Shown: positions 20,003 through 29,816, counted from the first letter of the stretch. The stretch is DNA of 32,618 nucleotides from Neisseriaceae bacterium (GCA_947441745.1 CANEUJ010000001.1:1-32618), one strand, 5' to 3'. Notes: generated by a model not told the origin, from the letters alone. A program made the numbers and translations.

Positions 20003-20941
20003 TTAGTTGATAGTAGCTAGATTATCTAAAGACACAGCTTGTTTGGCACCATCAACCATACTAACACCTAGCTTTTTTGCAATTCTATCAATTGGATCTT
20101 CGTCAGGAGTAAAATCAATAATATTCTGTGATCTATACTCAGTTCGTGCCAAAGAATCAACTGATGCAAAGCCATCAATAATCCCTAGTTTGATAGCATC
20201 TTCCCCTATCCAATAACGCCCAGAAAATAAATCAGGATCATCATGTAAACGCTTACCACGACCTTGTTTGACTGCATTAGTAAATTGCTCATGAATCTTA
20301 TCCATCATATCTTGTTGCATAGCATTTTGTTCAGAGTTTGCAGGAATAAAAGGATAACCCATAGCTTTATTACGCCCTGAGATTATCAAACGACTATCAA
20401 CTCCAATTTTATCCATTAAGCCATTAAGACCAAACCCAGTATAAATAACTCCGATAGAACCAACTATACTTGATGGATTAGCATAAATTTTATTCGCTGC
20501 ACTAGCAATATAGTAACACCCTGAAGCACATACTTCCTCAACTACAACATCAATTGGTTTCTTCGGATACAATTTACGTAGGCGTAAGATTTCGTTATAT
20601 ACCATATTAGAGTAAACGGGAGATCCACCTGGTGAATTAGCTTCAATAATAACTGCTTTAGTTTTATCATCATCCATTGCGTCTTTTAACCCATCACGTA
20701 AATGTTGATAGGTTTTATTTTCATCACTAATAACCCCAGTTAATTTAACTATTGCAATTTGTTGACCTCTTTTTTTATGCTCAATATCTTTTTTACCAAA
20801 AACCGTAAATAAACCTCCAGCAATTATTATTAACCAAACCATTCGAAAAAATATTTTCCAACGCCTGGTACGCCTTTGTTCTTTAATGGTCTCTAAAACC
20901 ATTTTCTCAATTATTGAGTACTCAAACTTATTAATGTCCAT
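20003..20941 (-). CDS. S49 family peptidase (SppA 36K-type)
   Basis: EQRRTRRWKIFF plus a TM helix, NSPGGSPV, CASGCYYIAS, IVGSIGV, FSGRYW.G. Confidence 0.92.
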   Translation of the reverse strand: MDINKFEYSIIEKMVLETIKEQRRTRRWKIFFRMVWLIIIAGGLFTVFGKKDIEHKKRGQQIAIVKLTGVISDENKTYQHLRDGLKDAMDDDKTKAVIIEANSPGGSPVYSNMVYNEILRLRKLYPKKPIDVVVEEVCASGCYYIASAANKIYANPSSIVGSIGVIYTGFGLNGLMDKIGVDSRLIISGRNKAMGYPFIPANSEQNAMQQDMMDKIHEQFTNAVKQGRGKRLHDDPDLFSGRYWIGEDAIKLGIIDGFASVDSLARTEYRSQNIIDFTPDEDPIDRIAKKLGVSMVDGAKQAVSLDNLATIN

Positions 20942-20945
20942 AGTT

Positions 20946-21530
20946 TTACTTACCTTTATTTATCATTGCTTCTACTTCAATATCCAATTGTACTTCATCA
21001 CTAATGCTTGGAACATAAGTAGTAACCTTATAATTACTACGCATTATACTAGTTGTTGCACTAAACCCTGAAGTCTTTAATTTAGTAATTGGGTCAATAC
21101 CAACTTTATTAAAAGTTACATTTAGCACTACTGGTTTTGTCACCCCATGAAGTGTTAGATTACCATCAACAATTCCAGTATGCTTATCCATCATTGTAAC
21201 TTTAGTACTCACAAAAGTAGCTTTAGGGTATTTTTTAACATCAAGAAATGCGGAACCAAGCATATTATAATCAAGTTTTGCTATCCCAGTAATACTTTTT
21301 GCTATATCAATAGTTACTTTTACACTACTATTTTGTGGGTTTTGTTCATCATAGCTTAATTGTCCATTTGCATACCATTTACCAGTGACATTGGCAAACC
21401 CAAAATGGTTTATCTTCCAGTTAATCGAAGTATGCAATGGGTCTAACACATAGTTTTCAGTATCTCCAAAACTAATATTAGCAAAACCACCAATCAATAA
21501 CCCTAATAACATTACTTTTAATTTCATCAT
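20946..21530 (-). CDS. YceI family periplasmic polyisoprenoid-binding protein
   Basis: Signal peptide; YVLDPLHT..W..NHFGF, FLDVKKYPKATF, GNLTLHGVTKPV, GFSATT.I.RS. Confidence 0.92.
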   Translation of the reverse strand: MMKLKVMLLGLLIGGFANISFGDTENYVLDPLHTSINWKINHFGFANVTGKWYANGQLSYDEQNPQNSSVKVTIDIAKSITGIAKLDYNMLGSAFLDVKKYPKATFVSTKVTMMDKHTGIVDGNLTLHGVTKPVVLNVTFNKVGIDPITKLKTSGFSATTSIMRSNYKVTTYVPSISDEVQLDIEVEAMINKGK

Positions 21531-22639
21531 AAAACCTCACATTCAAAATCAGCTAAATCCATATAAACTAAATCAGCTCTATAGCCTATTTTAATTTTCC
21601 CAAGTAATTTATCCATTCCCATAACTCGTGCAGGAATAGTGCTTGCCATAGCGAGACTCTCTTCCAAAGATAGACTACAGTTTTCTACACAGTTACGAAT
21701 TGCATGATTCATTGTGAGAATTGCCCCACCTAAAACTCCATCTTTATCTATGCATTTACCATCTTTGATATAGAGTTGTTTGCCCGCAAATTTAAATTCT
21801 GTTATATCAGTACCTGTTGGAGCTACTGCATCAGTTACTAGATATACCTGAGAAGGTTTTAGTTTTTGAAGCAACTTTATATTAGAACTATCAACATGAA
21901 GCATATCTACAATCACTCCAGTATAAAGGTTACTACTTAAAACCGCACCAATTACTCCAGGGTTTCTACCAGTTAAACCACTCATTGCATTAAACATATG
22001 AGTTGAAGTTGTAACCCCCATTTTTATTGCTATCTCAGCTGTGTTATAATCAGCATTCGAATGACCAATGGATAAAACAACCCCATTATCAACTAGATAC
22101 TTAATTTGTTCTAAACCAAATTTCTCAATTGCTATAGTCATTTTTATTGGAAAGTATTTTCTATAACTAATTATTTGTTCAAGTAACTCATTAGTTGGTT
22201 TGATAATAAAACTCTTTGGATGAATTCCGTTTTTTACCTCAGATATAAAAGGGCCTTCTAAGTGAATTCCCAATACTCCATTAGAATCACCAAATTTATC
22301 AAACCATTCTTTAGTTACATTCAATGCACTAATCACATCTTTAAAATCACTAGTAATTAGTGTTGGTAAGAATCCAGTTGTTCCAAATTTTAGCCAAGTA
22401 TTTCGCATAACTTCTAGAGTATTAGTACTAATTTGTTCATTAAATAATACTCCGCCACAGCCATTTAGCTGTAAATCAATAAATCCCGGAGTAATTACAC
22501 CATCTCCTAGATGTTTTACAAAACCTGAAAATTTTGACTTATCTATAATATCTTTAATGAGTCCATTCTCAATGACTACAACTTGAGATTCAAGTAGTTT
22601 TTTCCCATCAAAAATATATTTAGCAGCAAATGCCTTCAT
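21527..22639 (-). CDS. nagA: N-acetylglucosamine-6-phosphate deacetylase
   Basis: PGFIDLQLNGCGG, GIHLEGPF, SIGHSNA, THMFNAM, LVTDA. Confidence 0.94.
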   Translation of the reverse strand: MKAFAAKYIFDGKKLLESQVVVIENGLIKDIIDKSKFSGFVKHLGDGVITPGFIDLQLNGCGGVLFNEQISTNTLEVMRNTWLKFGTTGFLPTLITSDFKDVISALNVTKEWFDKFGDSNGVLGIHLEGPFISEVKNGIHPKSFIIKPTNELLEQIISYRKYFPIKMTIAIEKFGLEQIKYLVDNGVVLSIGHSNADYNTAEIAIKMGVTTSTHMFNAMSGLTGRNPGVIGAVLSSNLYTGVIVDMLHVDSSNIKLLQKLKPSQVYLVTDAVAPTGTDITEFKFAGKQLYIKDGKCIDKDGVLGGAILTMNHAIRNCVENCSLSLEESLAMASTIPARVMGMDKLLGKIKIGYRADLVYMDLADFECEVL

Positions 22640-22648
22640 TATAAACCC

Positions 22649-23929
22649 CTATAATTTTGTCATTACTTTTCTGGCTATATCTAGCGTTTGTTCTATTATT
22701 TTATTACTATGAGCAATACACACAAACCCTGCTTCATACATTGAAGGTGCAAAATACACACCCGCATCTAACATCATATGAAAAAATTTATTAAAGCGTT
22801 CTTCATTAGCAAGTTTCACTTCATTCAAATTTTGAGGTAGTTTATCACTAAAATAAAATCCAAACATACCACCTACATAATCCGCACAAAAAGGTATACT
22901 ATAATCATTTACAATACCTTGTAACCCAGAGGTTAACTGATAGCTTATATTATTAATAGCTTCATAAAACCCAGTTTTTTGGATTAATTCTAAAGTTGCT
23001 AGACCACTAGTTACCGCAATTGGATTGCCCGATAAAGTACCGGCTTGATATACCGAGCCATTTGGTGAAAGATAATCCATTATTTCTGCTTTTCCACCAA
23101 AAGCAGCTAATGGCATTCCACCACCAACAACCTTACCTATTGCGGTTATATCTGGCTTCAACCCAAGTAATTGCTGAGCTCCGCCTAATGCCACCCGAAA
23201 ACCAGTCATTACTTCATCACAAATAAGAAGAGTTTTATGAATGTTACACAAATTTTGTACCTGAGATAAAAACTCCGCACTTGGACGCACCAAATTCATA
23301 TTTCCCGCAAATGGCTCCATTATTATACATGCAATGTCATTGCCATACTTATCAAACGTAGCTTGTAAGTCTTGAGTACTATTGTATTCAAGCACTATTG
23401 TATCTTCTATACTACCAAAGGATACGCCATTACTACTTGGGTTACTAAAGGTAGCTAGTCCTGAACCAGCTTTAACAAGGAGATTATCACTATGCCCATG
23501 ATAACACCCATTAAATTTTATAATATATTTTTTCCCAGTGTAGCCACGTGCAAGACGAATTGCTGACATAGTAGCTTCAGTACCAGAGCTAACAAGTCTA
23601 ACTTTCTCTATATTTGGCATGATGCTAACAATGGTTTTGGCTAATTCAACCTCTAGTTCAGTTGGTGTTCCATAAGAAAAGCCATTTTTTAAAGCATTAG
23701 TTACTTTTTCAACAACATAAGGATTAGCATGACCAACAATATTTGCTCCCCAAGAGCAAATATAATCGATATATTGTTTATTTTCAACATCATATAAAAA
23801 AGCAGCTTCAGCTTTTCTCGTAAAAAAGGGATTTCCCCCAACGCTATTAAATGAACGCACAGGCGAATTAACCCCTCCAGGGGTATATTTTTTTGCTTCA
23901 TTAAATAAATTATCATTTGTTAGATTCAT
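22649..23929 (-). CDS. hemL: Glutamate-1-semialdehyde 2,1-aminomutase
   Basis: PGGVNSPVR, SSGTEATMSAIRLARG, GCYHGH, DEVMTGFR, GKVVGGG, YQAGTLSGNP. Confidence 0.97.
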   Translation of the reverse strand: MNLTNDNLFNEAKKYTPGGVNSPVRSFNSVGGNPFFTRKAEAAFLYDVENKQYIDYICSWGANIVGHANPYVVEKVTNALKNGFSYGTPTELEVELAKTIVSIMPNIEKVRLVSSGTEATMSAIRLARGYTGKKYIIKFNGCYHGHSDNLLVKAGSGLATFSNPSSNGVSFGSIEDTIVLEYNSTQDLQATFDKYGNDIACIIMEPFAGNMNLVRPSAEFLSQVQNLCNIHKTLLICDEVMTGFRVALGGAQQLLGLKPDITAIGKVVGGGMPLAAFGGKAEIMDYLSPNGSVYQAGTLSGNPIAVTSGLATLELIQKTGFYEAINNISYQLTSGLQGIVNDYSIPFCADYVGGMFGFYFSDKLPQNLNEVKLANEERFNKFFHMMLDAGVYFAPSMYEAGFVCIAHSNKIIEQTLDIARKVMTKL

Positions 23930-23930
23930 A

Positions 23931-25094
23931 TTACACCATATATTCCTTAATCATAGCTCGTCTATTATACTGATTTGCTAGCACTCTTCCATAAGCACCG
24001 CTAGTTAATATCGCTACCATATCTCCACGTTTTAACTCAGAGATTGTTAGATTTCTAGCAAAAATGTCCGTCGACTCACATACAGGCCCTACAATATGAT
24101 AAGTTTCATTAATCTTATCGGCTGATAAATTAATAATCAAATGTTTGGCTTCGTATAGGGCGGGTCGCATCAAATCATTCATACCAGCATCAATGATAGC
24201 AAATTTAGTTCCTACAGTATTTTTTATATATAAAACCTTACTTAGCATGATACCACATTGAGCGACCAAAGAACGCCCTAATTCAAAATGAATTTTAACT
24301 TGATATGGTATACTTAGATTTTGTTTAATTATACTAAAATAATCCCTGAAATTAGCTATTGGTTTAGTCATTGGATTTTCATAATCAACCCCCAAACCAC
24401 CACCTAAATCAATATCACTAAATTTCAGACCCATTTTATAAAGAATTTCATAATGAGAAGATGCTACATTTGCTAGTTTTGCATATACACTCATATCCAT
24501 AACTTGTGAACCAATGTGATAGTGTAATCCAATTAGTTCTATATTATTTAATGTATCGAGGCTTGGTAGAAATTCTAATAAGTCATCAAATGCAATTCCA
24601 AATTTATTATCATAGGTACCAGTGCTAATATATTTATGGGTTTTAGCATCTATATCAGGATTAACTCTTAACATAATCTTAGCATTTTTATTACTCTGAC
24701 AAGCTAAGTCATTAATTACCATTACCTCTTGTAGTGATTCACAAATAAATGCATAAATCCCAACCTCAAGCCCCAACATAATCTCTGAGTCTAGCTTACC
24801 AACTCCAGCAAATACTATATCATTGGGATTAAAACCGCAGGCAATTGCATGCTCTATTTCACCGCCACTAACACAGTCAACCCCTAATCCAGCTTGTTTT
24901 ATTTGTGCCAAAACTAGTGCATTGTCATTTGCTTTTAGGGCGTAATGGATTGATGATTGGGTGTCAAAATAACTGTAGAACTCTTTAATCGCAATATCTA
25001 GATTATCATGAAGAAGCTTTGTATCATATATATAACAAGGTGTTTGATAGCCAAGACTATTTAAAAATTCCTTATCAAATACTTTGTATGCCAC
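23931..25094 (-). CDS. lysA: Diaminopimelate decarboxylase
   Basis: TPCYIYD, HYALKAN (PLP Lys), VFAGVGK, KFGI, HIGSQ, DLGGG, ELGRS, RPALY, VGPVCESTD, GAYG; GTG start after GGAG/AAGG. Confidence 0.93.
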   Translation of the reverse strand: MAYKVFDKEFLNSLGYQTPCYIYDTKLLHDNLDIAIKEFYSYFDTQSSIHYALKANDNALVLAQIKQAGLGVDCVSGGEIEHAIACGFNPNDIVFAGVGKLDSEIMLGLEVGIYAFICESLQEVMVINDLACQSNKNAKIMLRVNPDIDAKTHKYISTGTYDNKFGIAFDDLLEFLPSLDTLNNIELIGLHYHIGSQVMDMSVYAKLANVASSHYEILYKMGLKFSDIDLGGGLGVDYENPMTKPIANFRDYFSIIKQNLSIPYQVKIHFELGRSLVAQCGIMLSKVLYIKNTVGTKFAIIDAGMNDLMRPALYEAKHLIINLSADKINETYHIVGPVCESTDIFARNLTISELKRGDMVAILTSGAYGRVLANQYNRRAMIKEYMV

Positions 25095-25187
25095 ACCTTA
25101 CTCCATCTATAAATTATTACTATTTCAAACATGGCTGAATTTTACTACAAATGAGGATAAACTGTATGCTAATATCTCAAATTAAAG

Positions 25188-25205
25188 AGCATCAAACAAG
25201 ATGCT
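25188..25205 (-). terminator. Possible weak intrinsic terminator after nrdA
   Basis: Minus strand AGCATC-TTGTTT-GATGCT followed by CTTTAATTT. Confidence 0.35.
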
Positions 25206-25266
25206 GCTTCAAAGAGAGTTTGGAATCCATGCCCTAAATAGAGTAAAGGCATGAATCCCTGCCTAC
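25190..25266 (-). repeat. Dispersed structured (REP-like) element, copy 2
   Basis: 23/24 identity of 25215-25238 with 94-117, plus four other colinear blocks; 14-bp stem on the minus strand. Confidence 0.8.
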
Positions 25267-25340
25267 ACTTCGGAAGGCAGATAGATAGATTGCGACTCAA
25301 CCCCCACAACGACGTTTGTCGCTATGCAGGGCATCAGTAA

Positions 25341-28208
25341 TTATTGGCAGGATTCGCAGTCGGGGTTATCTATCGAACAAAACTTCGCATCTGTTGCTGG
25401 TGTATTATCAACTACTACCCCTCCACCACCGAATTGACCACCTGTTGCAATTCCATCTGCTGATACGGCATTTAGTTCACCACCACGTCCAGTTGATTTC
25501 TCTGCTGAAGTCGCTCCTAATGTTCTTAGATAATAGGTTGTCTTAAGTCCTTTTATCCATGCAAATTTATATATTTCATCAATCTTACGTCCTGATGGAG
25601 ATGCTAGATAGATGTTAAGCGATTGGGCTTGATCAATCCACTTTTGACGGCGGCTACCAGCTTCAATTATCCATGAAGCATCAACTTCAAAAGCTGTAGC
25701 ATAGATTGATTTCATTGCTTGAGGTATACGATCAATTCGATTTAGGCTACCATCAAAGTATTTGATATCAGCAAGCATTGCTTCATCCCACAGATTATTT
25801 TTCTTCAAATCTTCAACAAGAAATTCATTGATAACAGTAAATTCACCTGATAAATTTGATTTAACAAATATATTTTGATAAGTAGGCTCGATACATGCTG
25901 ATACACCAATAATATTTGATATTGTAGCAGTTGGTGCTATCGCCAAGCAGTTAGAATTTCTCATACCATCTCTCAGGATTTTCGCTCTTAAACCATTCCA
26001 ATCAAGATTTGTATCTAGATTAACTTGAAGATATTGTTGCCCACGTTCTTCGCCTAATAATTTTAATGAGTCAAGAGGTAGAATACCTTGAGACCATAAG
26101 CTACCATTATAACTAGAATACTTACCACGCTCAATTGCAAGATCGCTTGAAGCCAGATATGCATAATACGCAATTGCTTCCATAGATTTATCAGCAAATT
26201 CTATTGCTTCTTTTGAGGCGTAAGGAACCCTTAACATATGTAGACAATCTTGAAACCCCATAAAACCAAGTCCAACAGGACGATGAGCTAGGTTGGAGTT
26301 ACGAGCCTTTTCTACTGGATAAAAATTAATATCAATCACATTATCAAGCATTCGCATAGCAGTTGTAACAGTATGTTTTAATTTTTCTTGATTGATTTTA
26401 CCATTTTCCATATGATTGACCAGGTTTACTGATCCTAGATTACATACTGCAATTTCATGTTCATTGGTATTTAGCGTAATCTCAGTACATAAATTTGAGC
26501 TATGGACTACTCCAGTATGTTTCTGAGGAGATCTGATATTACATGGATCTTTGAATGTAATCCATGGATGCCCAGTTTCAAATAGCATAGTTAGCATTTT
26601 TCTCCAAAGTTGCAAAGCTGGGATACGTTTAAATACTTTTATACCCCCCTTATCAGCAATTGCTTCATACTGTGTATATGCTTCTTCAAATGCTTTTCCA
26701 TATTTATCATGTAGATCTGGCACTTCATTAGGTGAAAATAATGTCCAATCAGCTTGTTCATGAACACGTTTCATAAATAAATCAGGAATCCAGTTGGCAG
26801 AATTCATATCATGACAACGACGTCTATCATCTCCAGTATTTTTACGTAATTCTAAAAATTCTTCAATATCAGCGTGCCATGTTTCTAGATAAGCACATAC
26901 TGCACCTTTTCTTTTCCCACCTTGGTTCACAGCAACCGCAGTATCATTCACTACTTTTAGAAATGGAATCACCCCTTGAGATTTACCATTAGTACCTTTA
27001 ATTGTAGCACTCATGGCACGTACTTGAGACCAGTCATTACCTAAGCCACCAGCAAATTTTGACAATAATGCATTTTCTTTCAAAGCATCATAGATACCAG
27101 CCAAATCATCACTAACGGTAGTTAGGTAGCAACTTGATAACTGCGAATGAAGAGTTCCAGCGTTAAATAGTGTAGGGGTTGAGGACATAAAATCAAAGCT
27201 AGATAATAAATTATAAAAATCAATCGCTCTATCTTCTTTATTAGCTTCTTTAAGAGCCAATCCCATAGCTACCCGCATAAAAAACACTTGGGTCATTTCT
27301 ATACGTTTACCGCTGATGTGTAAAAAATACCTATCGTACAGTGTTTGTAAGCCTAAATACTTAAACTGATTATCACGTTTAGCATTAAGTGCGTTAGCTA
27401 GTTTGGTTAAGTCATATGAAGCTAATTGAGGATCTAGTAGTTCAGCATCAATACCAATTTTTATGTATTTAGGAAAGTATTCACGATACGCTTTATTCAT
27501 ATCAGCAGCATCAACTTCTTTACCAAACACTTCTTCGGCAATTACATGCGCTAATAGTCTTGCCGTTACAAAATTATAAGCTGGTTCACGTTCGATTAAC
27601 TGACGTGAAGCTAATATAATTGATTTATATAATTCATCTTCACTAACGCCGTCATAGACATTCTTAAGAGCTTCATCTAAAATAATCTTAGAAGTAACAC
27701 TTTGTAAGCCACTACATGCAGCATCTACCACATTTAGTAGGTGTTTTGGATCAAGTGGTTTTCTGCCTCCATCTGGATATACTACATTTATAACATGTTT
27801 TGGCAGATTAACACCCTCTAACAACCGCTCTTGATTGCGTGCTTCACGATACAACACATAGCTTCTAGCTACCTCATACTGTCCGTTTCTCATTAGAGCT
27901 AACTCAACCTGATCTTGAATCTCTTCGATATGAATCGAACCACCAGCAGGACGTCTATTTTGTAAAGTTTGAATAACTAATACAGTTAGATTATGTATTT
28001 GATCACGCACACTATTACTTGATAGCGTCTCATGTCCGTGAACTGCGATGTATGCTTTAGTAATTGCAACGGTAATCTTGCTAGGGTCAAACCCAACAAC
28101 ACTACCAGCCCGCCTAACCACTTGATATCCCGAAAACTCGCCAACTGGCGTTAAAGATTGTCCAAACTCTGCGGCTAAAGCACTAGCTACGCCAGATAAA
28201 TTTTCCAT
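25341..28208 (-). CDS. nrdA: Class I ribonucleotide reductase alpha subunit with two ATP cones
   Basis: VVRRAG..FDPSKI (cone 1) and a second degenerate cone, STPTLFNAG, SSCY, SSNLCTEI, VCNLGS, IAPTATIS, KTTYY, C-terminal CESCQ. Confidence 0.97.
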   Translation of the reverse strand: MENLSGVASALAAEFGQSLTPVGEFSGYQVVRRAGSVVGFDPSKITVAITKAYIAVHGHETLSSNSVRDQIHNLTVLVIQTLQNRRPAGGSIHIEEIQDQVELALMRNGQYEVARSYVLYREARNQERLLEGVNLPKHVINVVYPDGGRKPLDPKHLLNVVDAACSGLQSVTSKIILDEALKNVYDGVSEDELYKSIILASRQLIEREPAYNFVTARLLAHVIAEEVFGKEVDAADMNKAYREYFPKYIKIGIDAELLDPQLASYDLTKLANALNAKRDNQFKYLGLQTLYDRYFLHISGKRIEMTQVFFMRVAMGLALKEANKEDRAIDFYNLLSSFDFMSSTPTLFNAGTLHSQLSSCYLTTVSDDLAGIYDALKENALLSKFAGGLGNDWSQVRAMSATIKGTNGKSQGVIPFLKVVNDTAVAVNQGGKRKGAVCAYLETWHADIEEFLELRKNTGDDRRRCHDMNSANWIPDLFMKRVHEQADWTLFSPNEVPDLHDKYGKAFEEAYTQYEAIADKGGIKVFKRIPALQLWRKMLTMLFETGHPWITFKDPCNIRSPQKHTGVVHSSNLCTEITLNTNEHEIAVCNLGSVNLVNHMENGKINQEKLKHTVTTAMRMLDNVIDINFYPVEKARNSNLAHRPVGLGFMGFQDCLHMLRVPYASKEAIEFADKSMEAIAYYAYLASSDLAIERGKYSSYNGSLWSQGILPLDSLKLLGEERGQQYLQVNLDTNLDWNGLRAKILRDGMRNSNCLAIAPTATISNIIGVSACIEPTYQNIFVKSNLSGEFTVINEFLVEDLKKNNLWDEAMLADIKYFDGSLNRIDRIPQAMKSIYATAFEVDASWIIEAGSRRQKWIDQAQSLNIYLASPSGRKIDEIYKFAWIKGLKTTYYLRTLGATSAEKSTGRGGELNAVSADGIATGGQFGGGGVVVDNTPATDAKFCSIDNPDCESCQ

Positions 28209-28251
28209 TTATTTATACCTTATCTAAAACATTATGTGTAAATGCCACAAA

Positions 28252-28299
28252 CCACTACAGGCTGTGTTTTTTATAGTAGTAATTCACTACATATAGTAT
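28252..28299. promoter_or_regulatory. Tandem NrdR boxes
   Basis: TCACTACATATAGTAT (28284-28299) and CCACTACAGGCTGTGT (28252-28267) match the consensus acaCwAtATaTwGtgt; they are 32 bp apart, directly upstream of nrdA. Confidence 0.8.
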
Positions 28300-28495
28300 T
28301 TTACCTCCATCATTATACAACAATATTTGGAAATAGTACACACAAAAAAAACAAATTAAAACTTGACTTTTAGGCTACAATTGGTACTTGTAGGTTTTCA
28401 TAGAATAACCATAAAAAATATTATTTTCTACTCCATAAACAATGAAGCATAAAAAATAATATTTATCTAAAATTTTATTAAAGAATTGAGAAATA

Positions 28496-29398
28496 GTGGC
28501 TATCCAATGGTTCCCAGGACATATGGTTCGTGCAATATCCGATATCAAAGATTTGATTTCTGATATTGATATAGTAATTGAAGTACTTGATGCAAGAGCA
28601 CCTTTTTCTAGTTGCAACCCACTACTTCAAGATATTATAAAATACAAAAAAATTATTCGTTTACTTAATAAGAGCGACTTAGCTGATGATAATTTAACAG
28701 CTCATTGGATAGAGTATTTTAGTAACTCAAAGAAAACTGTTGCTATTACTGGCGACATGAGTAACACCAAACAGCGAAGTCAAATTATCAAACTATGTAA
28801 AAGCTTAGCTCCGCATCGAAATAGTTTTGAAAAGCCTCTACGTGTAATGATTAGTGGAATCCCTAATGTAGGTAAATCAACGCTAATTAACCAACTCATT
28901 GGTAAAAAATCTGCCAAAACAGGTGATATCCCTGCAGTTACCAAAGCTAATCAATGCCTAACTATAGCTGATGATTTTCTAATATATGATACCCCAGGGC
29001 TTACTTGGCAAAAAATCCATTACCCACAAATTGGTTATCATTTAGCAATTTGTAATAGCATAGGTAGAAATGCTCTTGATGAAGATCTGGTAGCATTATA
29101 TCTAATAAATTATCTTAAAATACAGCATCCCTTATTTTTACAAACTAGATATAAACTCTCCGTGGAACAAATTTCACTAGCAGATGATATTATTCTTGAC
29201 ACTATAGGTAGTAAGCGTGGTTGCATAATGGCAGGTGGCGTTATCAACCGCCAAAGAGTGGCAGAAATAATAATTCAAGACTTTAGAGACGGTCGTATGG
29301 GCAAAATCAGCCTAGAAACTCCAAAAATGTGGGAAGAATGGATTAGTGAAGCCACAGCCGAGAGTGAAGCACAAATTTCTAATGACACATCACTGTAA
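28496..29398 (+). CDS. ylqF: Ribosome biogenesis GTPase YlqF/RbgA
   Basis: MAIQWFPGHM, EVLDARAP, NKSDL (G4), GIPNVGKS (G1), DTPG (G3): circularly permuted GTPase. Confidence 0.96.
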   Translation: MAIQWFPGHMVRAISDIKDLISDIDIVIEVLDARAPFSSCNPLLQDIIKYKKIIRLLNKSDLADDNLTAHWIEYFSNSKKTVAITGDMSNTKQRSQIIKLCKSLAPHRNSFEKPLRVMISGIPNVGKSTLINQLIGKKSAKTGDIPAVTKANQCLTIADDFLIYDTPGLTWQKIHYPQIGYHLAICNSIGRNALDEDLVALYLINYLKIQHPLFLQTRYKLSVEQISLADDIILDTIGSKRGCIMAGGVINRQRVAEIIIQDFRDGRMGKISLETPKMWEEWISEATAESEAQISNDTSL

Positions 29399-29543
29399 CT
29401 TTAGCATATACTGTAGCATGACAGTAACCTAATTATAAATTATGTCACTCTAGAACCAAAAATTAATTTTAATAACACAATATTAGATATATTAAAATGC
29501 TATATTGACAATTATTAATAACAATAAGCTGAAAGTAGTATGA

Positions 29544-29816
29544 GTGACAAAATTAATAGTTAAAACTAATGACCTTACAATTGAAGCCAACTCTAGTTAT
29601 AAAAATTTATTAGAAGAAATTAAACTTAAATTAAAAAGCTCTCAACTTAAAGCATCAATCAGCGTTAACCATGAATTAATTCAATTCTATTGGGATATTG
29701 GCAAACTGATTGTTCAGCGTCAAGATGTTTCAAAATGGGGTGATAAACTATTTGAAATACTTGCTCATGGTTTAAGTCTAATAAACAATACCCCTCATGA
29801 CGAAAGTAATTTATAA
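29544..29816 (+). pseudogene. Truncated DUF1016/YhcG N-terminal fragment
   Basis: YKNLLEEIK..KSSQLKA..SVNHELIQFYWDIGKLIVQRQ...WGDK matches the YhcG N-terminus; only 90 aa, and gap follows 88 bp later, leaving no room for the PD-(D/E)XK domain. Confidence 0.8.

Noticed and set aside
25280-25338. Hammerhead ribozyme (CTGATG after the nrdA stop)
   Set aside because: The core reads CUGAUGC rather than CUGANGA, and no GAAA follows the stem.
25095-25340. Lysine riboswitch upstream of lysA
   Set aside because: The AGAGGUGC-like P1/P2 start and other L-box conserved blocks are absent; much of the structure is explained by the dispersed repeat.
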